A stretch of 64,000 nt of DNA from Utricularia gibba (Eukaryota > Plantae > Magnoliophyta). Positions 13,139-25,494 of this stretch are shown here, piece by piece. The notes under the pieces are model-generated. The model was not told where the DNA came from, ran no database searches, and saw only the letters and a program-made list of their open reading frames with translations. Made by a program: the position numbers and the translations under genes. Positions within the stretch are counted from its first letter, which is position 1, and each line of letters begins with the position of its first letter. The stretch spans positions 1,240,001 through 1,304,000 of the forward strand of contig NEEC01000014.1 of assembly GCA_002189035.1 (NCBI GenBank), written 5' to 3'.

Positions 13139-14695
13139 GCTCGGAATCCAGCAACCAGCATATTGTAAGATCCGTATTTTTGTCTGATCTATTGGGAATG
13201 TGCAAGATTCAAGAATGGAGTAAACAGCATGCTTCAGGCTGAGTTTTGATGCTGCAGAGGTTGTCTTCAGCACAAGCTCAAGATCCCTCCTTTCTTACAG
13301 GGAGCCGTAATGTAATGATCTTGCGAAGGTTTCAGATTTGGTCTTCTCGTTTTAGCAGCTCCGATGTTTCATTTGCCTTCTTTGGTGTGCTGTTATTACT
13401 CGGATTCAGCTTCTGTACAAATTTAAATAAGTTATTTTTTATTCTTATCCTGTAAGTTAAAATTTAATAAAGAAGTTATCCAATAACATGATTGACCCCC
13501 CAGATTTGTCCTTTTCGGACACGGCGCTCCTGGACCAACTATCCACGGACACGGCTCCGTACCGCGCCTCCATCATCGTAAACCCTACTACCGTGTAAGA
13601 ATATCCCTAAGAAATGATTATTTAGAAAATTAGCCAAATTGTCATTTTCAGTATTAATTTTTTATATTAATATGTGAGAGATAAATAATTATATCCATCA
13701 AACAGTGATAATTCATATTTATTATAATTTATTATTTCGAAACTCATTCCAAATCCGTTGTTTTGAATTATATAATTTCACATTGTTTCGTACTAAAAGT
13801 TTGTTTATTTATGACTCTACTTCAAATTAAGTACTTTTTAAATAATTTTTGTTTTTTTTGAAACAGAAATATTAAATGCTTCAATTTTTTTTGAAGTAAT
13901 TTCATACCTGTTATTTTTAGCTTTTTAAACACTTTTTTTGAAATGTTTTTAATGAAGCGGAAATAAACATACCTTAAATCATTCTCTAAAACATAAGCAA
14001 CACAAATCATTTGATTTTACACATTGGAATCAAGATTAGATATGGATATTTTCTACGGGTAATGATCACTTGTTTTTCTAAGTAGACTACTAGAATTTAC
14101 AAAAAAAAAATATTTTAAAATTATTTGCAAAATGTAGAATACAAAAAAAAGAAGGTTAATTCTTTTTGTGTTCTGGTATAAATTTTAATATTATTTGGTG
14201 TGGATAAACGAGAGCCGCAGGTTTTCAGGGTGGGAAAAATTGCCGGCATGATTGAGGTGTGACGAAGCTCCACGTCGTTCCGAGGCGATCCCATCGCCAG
14301 CTGTCGGCTGCGCTCGCCTTGCTGACGATGTTGACATCCTCAACTCATCATTGTCTCTGTGATTGTTCCGTTTCGGCATTCTATTTTCCGCCATTGAGAT
14401 GAATTCAGTCTGTCTATACATACGTTGTACATGAGCCCAACGCCGATCGATCTTCCCTGGGCAACGAATCAGTAACATTCCCGCATTTTTTTTTGCTCAG
14501 ATTTGGGATTTGTTGTTGATGTTGAGAATTTGAGTTCTGGGATTGCGAGGAAGAAAATACGGGACGTACCTGGGTTGTGAGATTCTTGCTTTCTTTTGAA
14601 GGTTTGAGGTAGCCCTAAGCTTCATGGGTTTGAAGTTTTTTTTTTTTTTTTTCCGATGTGGGTTTCTGAGGAATGTTTGTGTTGCAGATCGAAAA

Positions 14696-16143
14696 ATGGA
14701 CTCCGGAGAAAGCCCAGAATTTCCATCGATTGCGGAGAAAGCATTGGAGTTCATTCCTCCCCCACCTCCTCCATTTCCCAAATATTCAACCCATCAATCC
14801 AGAAGCATCAGGGGATCCAGCAGATCATATGATTCTTCAATGGATCGTTTGTTTGATGAAGGGTATAGAGCCGATGTTTCCATTCTTACAGAAGGGGAGG
14901 AGTTTTGTATGCACACGCTCCTATTCTCGTATGTTCCTCAACGAAGCTGTTGTTTCATGAAAAATTTAAGCCTCCTGCTCATGATTGTGTCATTGCAGGG
15001 TAATGCTTCCCCCGTATTCAAGGCAATGCTGAAGAAATTGCATGGTGGGGGAGGAAGGAAGAAGCCACGGTCGATCCCCATAGTCGGAGTTCCAGCGGAG
15101 GCTGTCCGGATATTCATCCGGCTTTTGTATTCTTCAAGGTACAAAATCATCATCTCCTGATCTGCTAAATGAAGAAATGCCTTAACTGTTAGAGCCTGTG
15201 TTGTTCAGCTATGAAGAAGAAAAAATGAAGGAAAATGTTCTTCCATTGTTGGTGCTATCACATGCTTATGCTGTGCCTGAGCTAAAGCGATTCGCAGAAT
15301 ACTGGATTGAGAAGAGATATATCACTACGGAGAATGTTATTGACATCTTTCAGCTTGCTTTGCTGTGTGATGCTCCTCGCCTGGGCCTCGTTTGCCATCG
15401 GTTTGCCATGTCGAATTTCAAGGCTGTCTCGACCTCAGAAGGTTGGAGAGACATGAAACAGAGCCATCCTGTGCTAGAGAAAGAGATTCTGGATTCCATC
15501 AAGCTTGAGGAGGCTGTAAGTGCTTTCATCATTCACCAAACAAACACTGGCTCCCAGGGAGTAGCCAAGATCAACTGACATTGCTGTTGATCCTTACCAA
15601 CAGAGAAACAAGGAGAGGACAAGGAAGAGGGAGGAGAGGAAAGTGTACATGCAGCTCTACGATGCCATGGAAGCTCTTGTTCATATATGCAATGAGGGAT
15701 GTCGAACAATCCGCCCCTATGACAAGATTCCTCGGCACAATCAATCTCCCTGTGAATATGGAGCTTGCAAGGGGCTTGAGACGCTCATACGCCACTTCGC
15801 TCGATGCAATATGCGAGGAGTGCGAGGCCCCGGTGGGTGTCTACGCTGCAAGAGAATTTGGCAAATCCTGGAATTCCACTCTATGCTATGTGCAAATCCA
15901 GATTCCTGCAAGGTTCCCTTGTGCAGGTCATCTCATTGCTCTTCTTCATTCCCAGGAACAGATCAAGTGTCGTCATCTTTACCCACTTCTAAAACTTCCG
16001 CCTTCTTTGTCTCTTTCAGAAGCTACAGACAGGGAAGAGAGAAACGCAGCAAGAAGGATGAAATGCTGTGGAGAGTTTTGGTGAAGAAAACGGTGCGATC
16101 AAAGAGCATTACAGGCGCCCCATTCTTCTCATTGGGAGTCTAG
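14696..16143 (+). CDS. BTB/POZ and TAZ zinc-finger protein (BT family); apparent 1-nt deletion at 14894-14897
   Basis: GYRADVSI, ASPVFKAML, FIRLLYSS, LLVLSHAY, NVIDIFQLALLCDAPRL, QLYDAMEALVHICNEGCRTI, GCLRCKRIWQILEFHS, CKVPLC. One extra G restores TEGGGVLYAHAPIL up to a GTATGT donor. Confidence 0.92.
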
Positions 16144-16556
16144 TAGTATTCAAGAAATGCTCCATTTTGTATGAGTTTTTTTCCACGAGATTGCTTCTGT
16201 TGTAATGATTGATCAGATGAGAAAGAAAGCCGATATCTTGTCATTTAACAAGAACACACCCTCTTCCCAAATGCACGTTGAAAGAACAGGAAAAAGAAAC
16301 TTGTAATGCAAACGCTTGTGTTCATATATGTATTAACTGTGATGGGAAAAGAATGTAGACATCTGGAGGAAAAGCAACAGGTGTAGAGGAATCTCCAGGA
16401 CTAGATGATCAATACAAGCGATGCACAACTTCAAAAAAATGGAATATAAGCAGCTTCTGCTGCATCAAACACAAGCAAACATATACGGTTATGAGATGAA
16501 CAGGACAAAAAAAGAACTAACCCCATCTTCTTCACCTTCTTGTTCATGTATCTTAT

Positions 16557-19500
16557 TCAGATGGCGTACGTAACGGTTTCTGTTTCTGTTGGTCGCCACG
16601 TCGTTTTCTGGGCACACAGCAATCCTTCCTTATCCTTGGAGTATGTCATAGTGATTGTCCACTGCATAGATTTGAATATGCTCTCCAGTTCGGTGATCAG
16701 CTCGGCGGAGTCACGAATGATGATGCTGCCTTCTGGTCTCAAAATCCGGTCAACTTCTGAAACAAGGGCCATGAAATTGCACCTGTTGCACAAAGACGTG
16801 ATAAGCGGAGTTGCAAAAAGGACTCTGGCCAGTGTTTTGGCATCCATGAAGCATTAGAGTTAGCTACACTTACTTCTTCTTGATCCTGGAGAATAGATGA
16901 TCAGCATGGAGCAGATCATAGGATCTCGGATATGTGCTGAAAGACTCGCACCAGTCATGATAAATTCCGAATAAACCTCGTTCGTAGATCACAGGAAGTG
17001 TATCTGGAGCATCTATGGATACAACATTCAAAACCCACAACTTCAAATCTTTCAGAGCGGCTGCCAATCTGCAAGAACAGAGCACTCGGTCAGGGTTACC
17101 TCTGTGCTGGATATCAAAAGCTTACAAAATGGGAGATTTCTAGACCAGTTTTTACACAGCTTACCCTCCATAGACAGCTCTCATGTCCATCACATTTCTC
17201 ACTGTAGACCAGTTTATTCCGAGTCCACTTTTATAAGAATTTTCAACGACACGCTTCCAGTGCTCGTAATCAGCAACGAAGTCTTCCGGAGCTGGTTTTC
17301 CATAAACACCAATATCAGAGCTTGATAACCAGTAGGGCGCCTTCTCCACCCTGGCAGGCCACATCTCTGGCCATTGAAATCCTCGTTCCGTTGCAGCAAC
17401 AGGTACCTTGTGCATGCATGCTTGTAGAGGCACATTCCTGCCATATCAAGATGGTAGCATTTAAACCATACGTATATAATGAAAATAGAAAATACTAATA
17501 ATCCAAGCCATGAGAGAAGCACTTACCATGCAGCACTTGGATCATCAGAATCCTGACATAGAGGGGGTTCATTTTTGGATCTTTGTTCATAGCACTCATT
17601 CGTGGTAGGCTTTTTATATATAGCAATTCCCACATTGTTGATTGTGTCCTTGGTTATTGAGATAACCTCCCAACACATTGCCTTGGTCAACTTCTTCATG
17701 GCTGTCAAAATTTTAGCAGTTTGAGTACAGCTTATACAGTTAAATAGGAGTTAATTAATGATTTTTCTTGCAAGAAAAACAGGAAGAAGCATACCTTGCC
17801 AAATCTCTACATCTTCTGGAAGTTTCTGATAAATTGGAGTAGCAGACCAAACAAAGAAACCACCCGGACGTAGTAAACGGTTCAGCTCCAACAGTAGCTT
17901 ACCACCTGCGAAATATCATGTTCATGTAGCCGAACCTCATGTACAACACAAAGGAAGTGAGGGGTGTTCGGGTGCTTTGAAAAAAATGAAATGAGTGTAC
18001 TACCTTCAATATGCCAAGGCACTCTGCAGCGTGCACAGTGGACGATATCAAACACCCTCCCAGGATAAGGAAGCCTGAGTGTGCCCATAACAGCGGATAT
18101 TGCAGGGATACCGCGTTCAAGGGCAAACTGAACTTGGGCCTCATGTTCATCTTTAGGAGCTAAAGACATTGCCAACACATCCCTGTCAAACAGAAAACCC
18201 CCAAAGCTAGCCACACCACAACCAACGTCCAATATGACACGGGAACGCTTCCCCCAGGCGACTTCAGAAACAGACTGTAGAAAAAAAAATCTAGACATGT
18301 TAACAATTTGGCAAACAACATTGCCCAAAAAATACTATAGAATGCTGGTAAAAAAATGAGGCAGTACTCTTAATCTGAAGTGCAAGAAAATACATATAAT
18401 AAGAATAAAAACACGCTATTTCATCACGACCAAGAATACATAAACATGAAACACAAATCAAGTTATGACAGTAGTCTGACCATACTAGAAGAAGAGATAT
18501 ATCTGGTATTACCTGTTGTATAAAGTCAATGTAATGCAAAGCACCATGCTTAAACTGGGTCCCACCACCAGGGAAAGTCAGGTATTCACCACTAACTTTA
18601 ACCCAATTTTGGTGACCTTTAACCTCAGCAAGCTTGGTATGAGGAACATTGCTGTACCATACCTGTGAAAGTAGTAGAATTCAGTTAAAACAGAATACAA
18701 AAACACCCAAATTTAATTTTGGTTCCTAAACTACCTTTTCCCGGCTTGTAGGCCATGGTATGGATCGCTGATATCCTTCAGGAAGAGGAACAAGGCACGT
18801 TGGAGGCTCTTCAGGACAGTGCCTTTCCCTGTGCTCATAGTGCTTAGTTGTTGGAAGATTTCGAATTGCCTCCAAATTATCAAGGCATGGGATGTAATCT
18901 GTCCCAGCAGTGGTATTGCAAACTTTCCATGTATAAATATTCTGGTTTTCAGATTCAGATGCCTGCTGGACTTCCTTTTCTTTTTTTGACTCAGTTGCCT
19001 GTGTCGGAAATGATCCCTTTTGTGTTGTGGGTTCATCTGAAAGCTCTGTCTGAGGCCCAGAAGGAAATACGTCATCTGACTTTACATCTTTCTCAGAACC
19101 CTGATCCGATTTGTCATCTTCACTGTTTTCTGTCTTCTCTTCTATCTGATCTTCTCCCTTTTCACCATCTCCATTCACCACCTGAGATTTCTCGTTGTCT
19201 TTGTCTTCCTCCCTACTTTCCGTCTCATCCTTTGAGACATCCTCTTTTTCTTCTTCATTTGTTTTTTTATCATCATCTGTATTCACCAAGTCCTTGTCCA
19301 CAGAAGTTTCTTCAGACGGGGTATCTTTACCTTCCTCGTTCAAGCTTACATTATTATCGCCTTTGGTAGCATCTTCAGGTAAATCACCAGGACTGTCCTC
19401 AAATTGCTTCTTGCTTTCTTCCTTGCTCACATCACTTGCACCCCCAGCATTTTCACTAGTAACAGGTGTGTTCACATCATCCTTGACCTCGCCCGGAGCT

Positions 19501-19643
19501 TTCAAATTTGGAACCGGGTTCACAGATGATGCTGACAGCAGCCACACCGCAAGTAGACAGACACCCACGAAAACTGACACTAGGATTGAAGAACATAAGT
19601 TGGATGATTTCCGGCCATCAACTCTTGAGTACTTTCCTGCCAT
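16557..19643 (-). CDS. Putative SAM-dependent pectin methyltransferase (PMT24/25/26-like), 8 coding exons
   Basis: [16 protein letters not shown] anchor, acidic stem, [96 protein letters not shown]. Confidence 0.95.
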
Positions 19644-21675
19644 GATATCCTTAATATTTGATTAGCAGCTCGAGGTTCTTCTGGTACACCTACACAAAAA
19701 AGCAAAAATCATCTGAATCAAACATCAACATATATGTAACAACTATGAGATTCAGAATGAAATAAAAGCTCAATCTTCAAATAATGATAAAACCATTGAG
19801 TTAAAGGGCAACAGATGAGCAAAACAAGTTGATCCCATCAACAATCCACCAAATGCACTTAAGACAGCTACTAGCCAGAAGTTCGATCACTTTCTACGTT
19901 AAAACAAACATTCCTTCTTAACTACGACAATTGAACAGCTGAGATCTAAGGAATATCGCAACCAAGAAAGACACTACCATCATAACCAATAAACAAAAGT
20001 AACAAACGAGCAAGAAACATCCACACATACATTAAAAAGAAGAGTCACCACTAGATCTCTCCACACCCACTTCACGAACTGAAAATAACCACTCCCAAAA
20101 CCTCAACTTTCGCAAATCTTCCTCACCTTGGCAGATCTAAAGCACCCCCTCCCCAGCCCCAATCATCGGCTCATTTTCTGGGTATATTCCCAGTGTCGGT
20201 CGTACAAAGAGACAGCCGCACCCCTAATCCCAAGCCCTGTGGCCTATGCAAATGCGCGTCTGGAATTGAATATATATATATAATAGATTACACCCGGGAT
20301 CAGCTTGCTGGATTGACGGTGAGTAATAAAGGTGACAAAGACTCTACAGCTTCCAAACCCCAGGTAATTATATCCTTCTTACTGCAAATAAAAGAACCCC
20401 AAGTTGGGGGTAGAACGCCGTGAAGTTCCACCGCCACAGCGCCGCCGAGTAAATGAGGTAAAACAGAAGAATCAAGCAAGACCGAGAGAAGAAAACTAAC
20501 CAACCAACTTTTTTCCTAAAAATTTTATTCAAATAATTGATAACTAAAAATCACAGTTAAATTTCAAAATAATTAAAACCACATCAAATAATCTTTATAT
20601 TAAATAATGTAATGATAAAAATGGTGCAAAGTCAAATTTGACCGTTGGGATCAGTACATTTTTCGTACGTCACCACCCTATTCGACCGCTCAGCTCCAAC
20701 AACCTCCCTACTCCTTGGTCCAATATCCCATGGTTAGAGAGTATATGAAAAAAACTGAAAATCATACATATCTATGTTTTATACTTTTGGCCGTATCGGG
20801 TACGCATACTAGTACACTGCTATTATTAAAAAAAATAAATCAGTGTTTCTAAAAATTTTTGAAACTTGTTTTTATTTTTTAAAATTATTTTAGAAAAATA
20901 AAAATAAGAAATAAAAGTAAATAATTTCTTTTCTAAAAATAAATTTTGTAGTATAATTTTAAAAATATTTTTAATATAATTACGTTTACAATTAAAATTG
21001 TTTTGAAATAAAATTATTTTTATTTTTGAAAAATATAAATATGTTTTTAAAATTTTCTAAAACACTGTTTAAATTATTTATATTGTTCATTATTCCACCG
21101 ATTATCATCCATCTCTTGATTTTGCTTATTTATTACTATTGTATTGCTATTCTTTTTTAGTAATACTTTTTGGGTTATTATTACTTATCAACAATTTAAG
21201 TAAATTGAAAATACACTTCTAATTTCTAAATAAATTTATCTTAATAGTATATTTTTAAATTTATCATATCCATATTTGTATTCGTATTCATACAATGACA
21301 TACGCATATCCATGGTTTGTAGAAAAAAAATGATGACTCAATGTATAAATTTTTGTTTCAATATGTGAGATAAAATTGGCGGTAATCACTTTTCTAAATG
21401 ATCTGCCTAAAAGCAAAGAAAAAAGATTTATATCTTGTGAATTAGTTAAATTTAATAAACTTGTTTTTCAATATATTTACAATAATGTTTAAAAAGGAAT
21501 TGTGAACAAGGGTGAGGCTGAACATGTACACTATGGAGAAGGATAGTATTGCTGTAGATTAATGGTGTACGGATGCAACTTCCTTCATTTGATTTTCCAG
21601 AGCAATATGCAATTTCTGTATGCAGTCCAGATCATGGAAAGTATCATCAGCAATGAACATATTTGTAGCATTTTT

Positions 21676-23253
21676 CTACACAATTTGACTGAAGCCTGCT
21701 TCTTTCTCCATATTCATTTCCAGTAGGCGCCTTCTTATCTGGTTGGCCTCTTCCCATTTTCCCAGAGCTTTGTACATATTGGATAGTGTGACATATCTTC
21801 CTGGGTTCCCAGGGTCAAGATCAAGCAGAATTTTTGCAGCTTTTTCAGCAATTTCCAAGTTTCCATGGACACAGCATGAACCAAAAAGTGCACCCCACAT
21901 TCCCTTATGGTTTGAGCCACATTCAGCTCTTTCAATCACTTCCAAAGCTTCTTGAAGCCGGTTTTTGCGCCCAAGAAAGTCAACCACAATAGCGTAATGA
22001 GCTGCTCTAGGGGCCAGACTGAACTCATTCTTCATCATATCAAGATACTTCAGGCCTCCACAGTCTAAGCCAGAGTGGCGGCAAGCTGATAACACTCCGA
22101 TAAAAGTTACCTCATCAGGTCGAACCTGTGCTTGTAGCATCTTCTGAAAGACAGCTAAAGATTGCTCACCATCCCCATTTTGAGCAAAACCAACTATTAT
22201 AGAATTCCAAGTTATGATGTCTTTCCTCTGGAGCTTTTTAAATAACTTCAGTGAGGATAGCATGTCTCCGCATTTGCTGTACATATCAATAAGGGCATTA
22301 ACAACAGATGCATTATCAAATACACTATTATCTGTGATTCTAATTATGTGACAATGGATTTGCTTCCCCAAGGTGATGTAAGCTAAATCAGCACAAGCGC
22401 TTAATATACTTACATAAGTAGCTTCATTTGCAGTAACACCTTCTTCTTGCATTTTAACAAAAGCAGGCAAAGCTCTCTCCCCTGCTTTGTTTTGTACGAA
22501 ACCAGCTATCAATGTAGTCCAGGAAACCACATTTTTAAAGGGAATTTGATCAAAAACCCGGCATGCATCTTCTATCTTCGACGCATTAATATATGCAACC
22601 AACATCGAATTCCATGATACAACATCTTTATCATCAGTATGACTAAAAATATGACAAGCTGTAGCATCGTATCCACATTTTCCATAAGCATCGACAAAAG
22701 CGTTGCAGACTACCACATTGAAATCCAAGCCTAAAACAATAGCAACCCCGTGTATCTGCCGCACCAACTCCAAAAAACCCATGTTTGCACAAGCGTTGGC
22801 CAGACCAACAACCGTGTACTCATCCATCAACACACCATCTTTACCACCCTCATTCATTTTCCTAAACTCGTTCAAAGCCTCCCTATAAAGCGCATTTCGA
22901 CACAAGGCAGAAATCATGGTATTATAGCTAACAAAATTTGGTTCAGGGATTTCATCGAACAGGCGGCGAGCATGTCCTAACCGGCCCGCTTCACAGTACC
23001 CATTCACCATGGTATTCCAAGAATAAGTATTCTTCCACTTAATAACATCAAAGACTTTTTCTGCACAAGAAATTGAAGCGCATTTGGAGTACATTTCTAT
23101 CAATCTGTTGGCTAAAAATGTGTCAAGAATCAAGGCAGTTTTGATGAGGAAGGAGTGGATAACTCTCCCTAGCTTGACATTCCTTGTCTTGATAGAGTCA
23201 CAGAATGCATTCGCTGCCACCGCCGTTACCTCATCGCCCGGCAGCCACCTCAT
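21676..23253 (-). CDS. PLS-class pentatricopeptide repeat protein with E domain (PCMP-E type), single exon
   Basis: 525-aa ORF with repeated DVVSWN/NVVSWT/DIITWN motifs, PDEVTFIGVLSAC and an E-domain tail (WGALFGSCCVHGNLEIA...YVTLSNMY). No DYW domain. Confidence 0.93.
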   Translation of the reverse strand: MRWLPGDEVTAVAANAFCDSIKTRNVKLGRVIHSFLIKTALILDTFLANRLIEMYSKCASISCAEKVFDVIKWKNTYSWNTMVNGYCEAGRLGHARRLFDEIPEPNFVSYNTMISALCRNALYREALNEFRKMNEGGKDGVLMDEYTVVGLANACANMGFLELVRQIHGVAIVLGLDFNVVVCNAFVDAYGKCGYDATACHIFSHTDDKDVVSWNSMLVAYINASKIEDACRVFDQIPFKNVVSWTTLIAGFVQNKAGERALPAFVKMQEEGVTANEATYVSILSACADLAYITLGKQIHCHIIRITDNSVFDNASVVNALIDMYSKCGDMLSSLKLFKKLQRKDIITWNSIIVGFAQNGDGEQSLAVFQKMLQAQVRPDEVTFIGVLSACRHSGLDCGGLKYLDMMKNEFSLAPRAAHYAIVVDFLGRKNRLQEALEVIERAECGSNHKGMWGALFGSCCVHGNLEIAEKAAKILLDLDPGNPGRYVTLSNMYKALGKWEEANQIRRRLLEMNMEKEAGFSQIV

Positions 23254-23925
23254 GTATTGCGGAGAAGATGACCGATAAAAAATGGGTTTACCTTCCGGGA
23301 TATCATTAAGGAGCGAAATGGCAATTACGAAAATAATGTGAAGATGAGGGTCTTTTTCTAGAGAAGGTCGATTCTACAGTTCTACATTATTCTTTTTTAT
23401 TATAGAAAAAGATAAAGTCTTTTTCCCTCCTCTTCTACTCTCGGAGCTGAAGCATAGGGTTTATCCTACGGTGCCGGTGGAAGAGCAAGGTAATGTATCC
23501 AACGTAATCCTCGACTGTATGCGTTTTCAGAACTTGGGGTTTCACTAATTTTGAGGATACGAACGGAAAAATGTTCTTCGATTTTGTGTTGAAGTCAGTG
23601 AAACTCCAGAGTTCGAACAGTTTTCTTTTTTCCCGAAAATTTCCCGATTTGGTGGTCTTTTTCTCCTTGTGAATGGTGGTTTTGGTACCGATTGTTCAGT
23701 GTTTCAGACTTATCGGGTTATGAATTGCTCGAAATAACCAGATCACGATTTCGATAATTCTTAGCCCAACTGGGGAGCTGGGTTCATGATTTGTGGTTTA
23801 CTGTGTAACTTGTGTGTGGCCGAAATATCTTTGTGAAATCAGTGGTTTCTTTCAAGAGCTGGAGAGTGCTAATTGTGGGGTAAATGTTTCGGAAGTTTAA
23901 CCTAAGTTTGGCATTTTTAGGCAAC

Positions 23926-25124
23926 ATGGAGAGTATGCACAGCTTTTGGCAGTTGGGAGACGAGCTTCGTGGACAATCGAAAGCCTCTGATGATCAGCAG
24001 TGGTGGGTGGCAGCTTCGAAATTGGCTGAGCAGACCAGATCAAAGCAAGCGCGGAGATTCAACATAGATCTCTCAAAGGGGCCAGAACCCTGGAGGGATA
24101 ATGTTGGATTTCAGGAAGATGATAAATTGGATATCCCTGCATTCAACATGCTAAACATGGAAGCTAAGTATAACGAGAATGTACCCAAAATTCCTCCCAG
24201 AAATGGCGTTCGTGGTATCACTCCTTATCAAAATCCCAGCATGGGAAACCTGGGAAACATCGCTGGAGCCAAATACATGATGAACCAGATGAAGGAGATC
24301 AACAACAATACCAACAAGGAAGACAACTCTAGCGCGAGCTGCAATGGCGCTGAAAAAAGGTTCAAGACACTGCCAGCTGCAGAAACTCTCCCCAGGAACG
24401 AGACTCTTGGTGGGTATATCTTTGTGTGCAACAATGATACAATGCAAGAGGATCTGAAAAGACAGTTGTTCGGTAGGCTTGCTTCAAGGCTTTCCCACTA
24501 GCTTCCTCAGTTAAGTTACTTTTGTGGCTAATTATGCCTTCGTTCATTTCTTATCCCCAGGTTTGCCCCCAAGATACAGAGACTCAGTGAGGGCTATAAC
24601 ACCTGGATTGCCTCTGTTTCTCTACAATTACACCACTCACCAGTTGCATGGTATTTTTGAGGTATGCTACAAGGTCCCGATATTCCCAGATAGCAAATCC
24701 TAGTTGGTTTGTCTAAGCTTTTTCTTGCTCAGGCAACCACATTTGGAGGCTCCAACATTGATCCCACTGCATGGGAAGACAAGAAGTGCAAAGGTGAATC
24801 CAGGTTCCCTGCTCAGGTAAACATCTCAAATGCCAACCTCTACATTATGCTATATATAACGCCCGCTGACTGAGTGCATGTTTCGATTTTTCTAGGTTAG
24901 AATTCGTGTACGGAAGCTGTGTAAGCCTCTGGAGGAAGACGCATTCAGGCCGGTTTTGCATCACTACGATGGCCCCAAGTTCCGCTTAGAGCTCTCCATA
25001 CCAGAGGTCTGCAGTAGTTCGTAGTTCAAGATAGCTATCTCTGCCTCTATACAGTTCACTCTAATTTCTGTCTGCGTTGCAGACCCTGGACTTGCTTGAT
25101 CTCTGTGAGCAAGGTGATGCCTGA
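23926..25124 (+). CDS. DCD (development and cell death) domain protein, NRP/B2-like
   Basis: MESMHSFWQLGDELRGQSK; KRFKTLPAAETLPRNETLGGYIFVCNNDTMQEDLKRQLFGLPPRYRDSVRAITPGLPLFLYNY; HYDGPKFRLELS; ends LDLCEQGDA*. A 5'UTR intron ends at 23920. Confidence 0.93.
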
Positions 25125-25494
25125 AAACTGTCTGCTGGATGGGGTGTCTGTCAACAAAACCCACTACTACTACATTTCAAGATACTGTGTGTTGTTGTAC
25201 GTGCTTTGCTTTCCATGGAGCGCAAGCTTGGGAATCGGGAGTGGAGAACCCGGTAGAGTAGGATGGGATGAGAAGAGACAGAAATAAAGGTATTGTATGT
25301 GAGAAGATGGATGGAATATCTAAGAATTTTCACCACGCTGTTTGCTTGTAAGGAAGACCGGTGAGAGCACTTGACCTCTCTATAGGGCTTGTTGTTGCTG
25401 CCTTGCGATTACCTTAAAGGAGCCGCCTGTTAATTGCTACACATCTTTCTGGGTTTGATCATGTGCCAAACGGGGAGAATTCAACACGGACATG

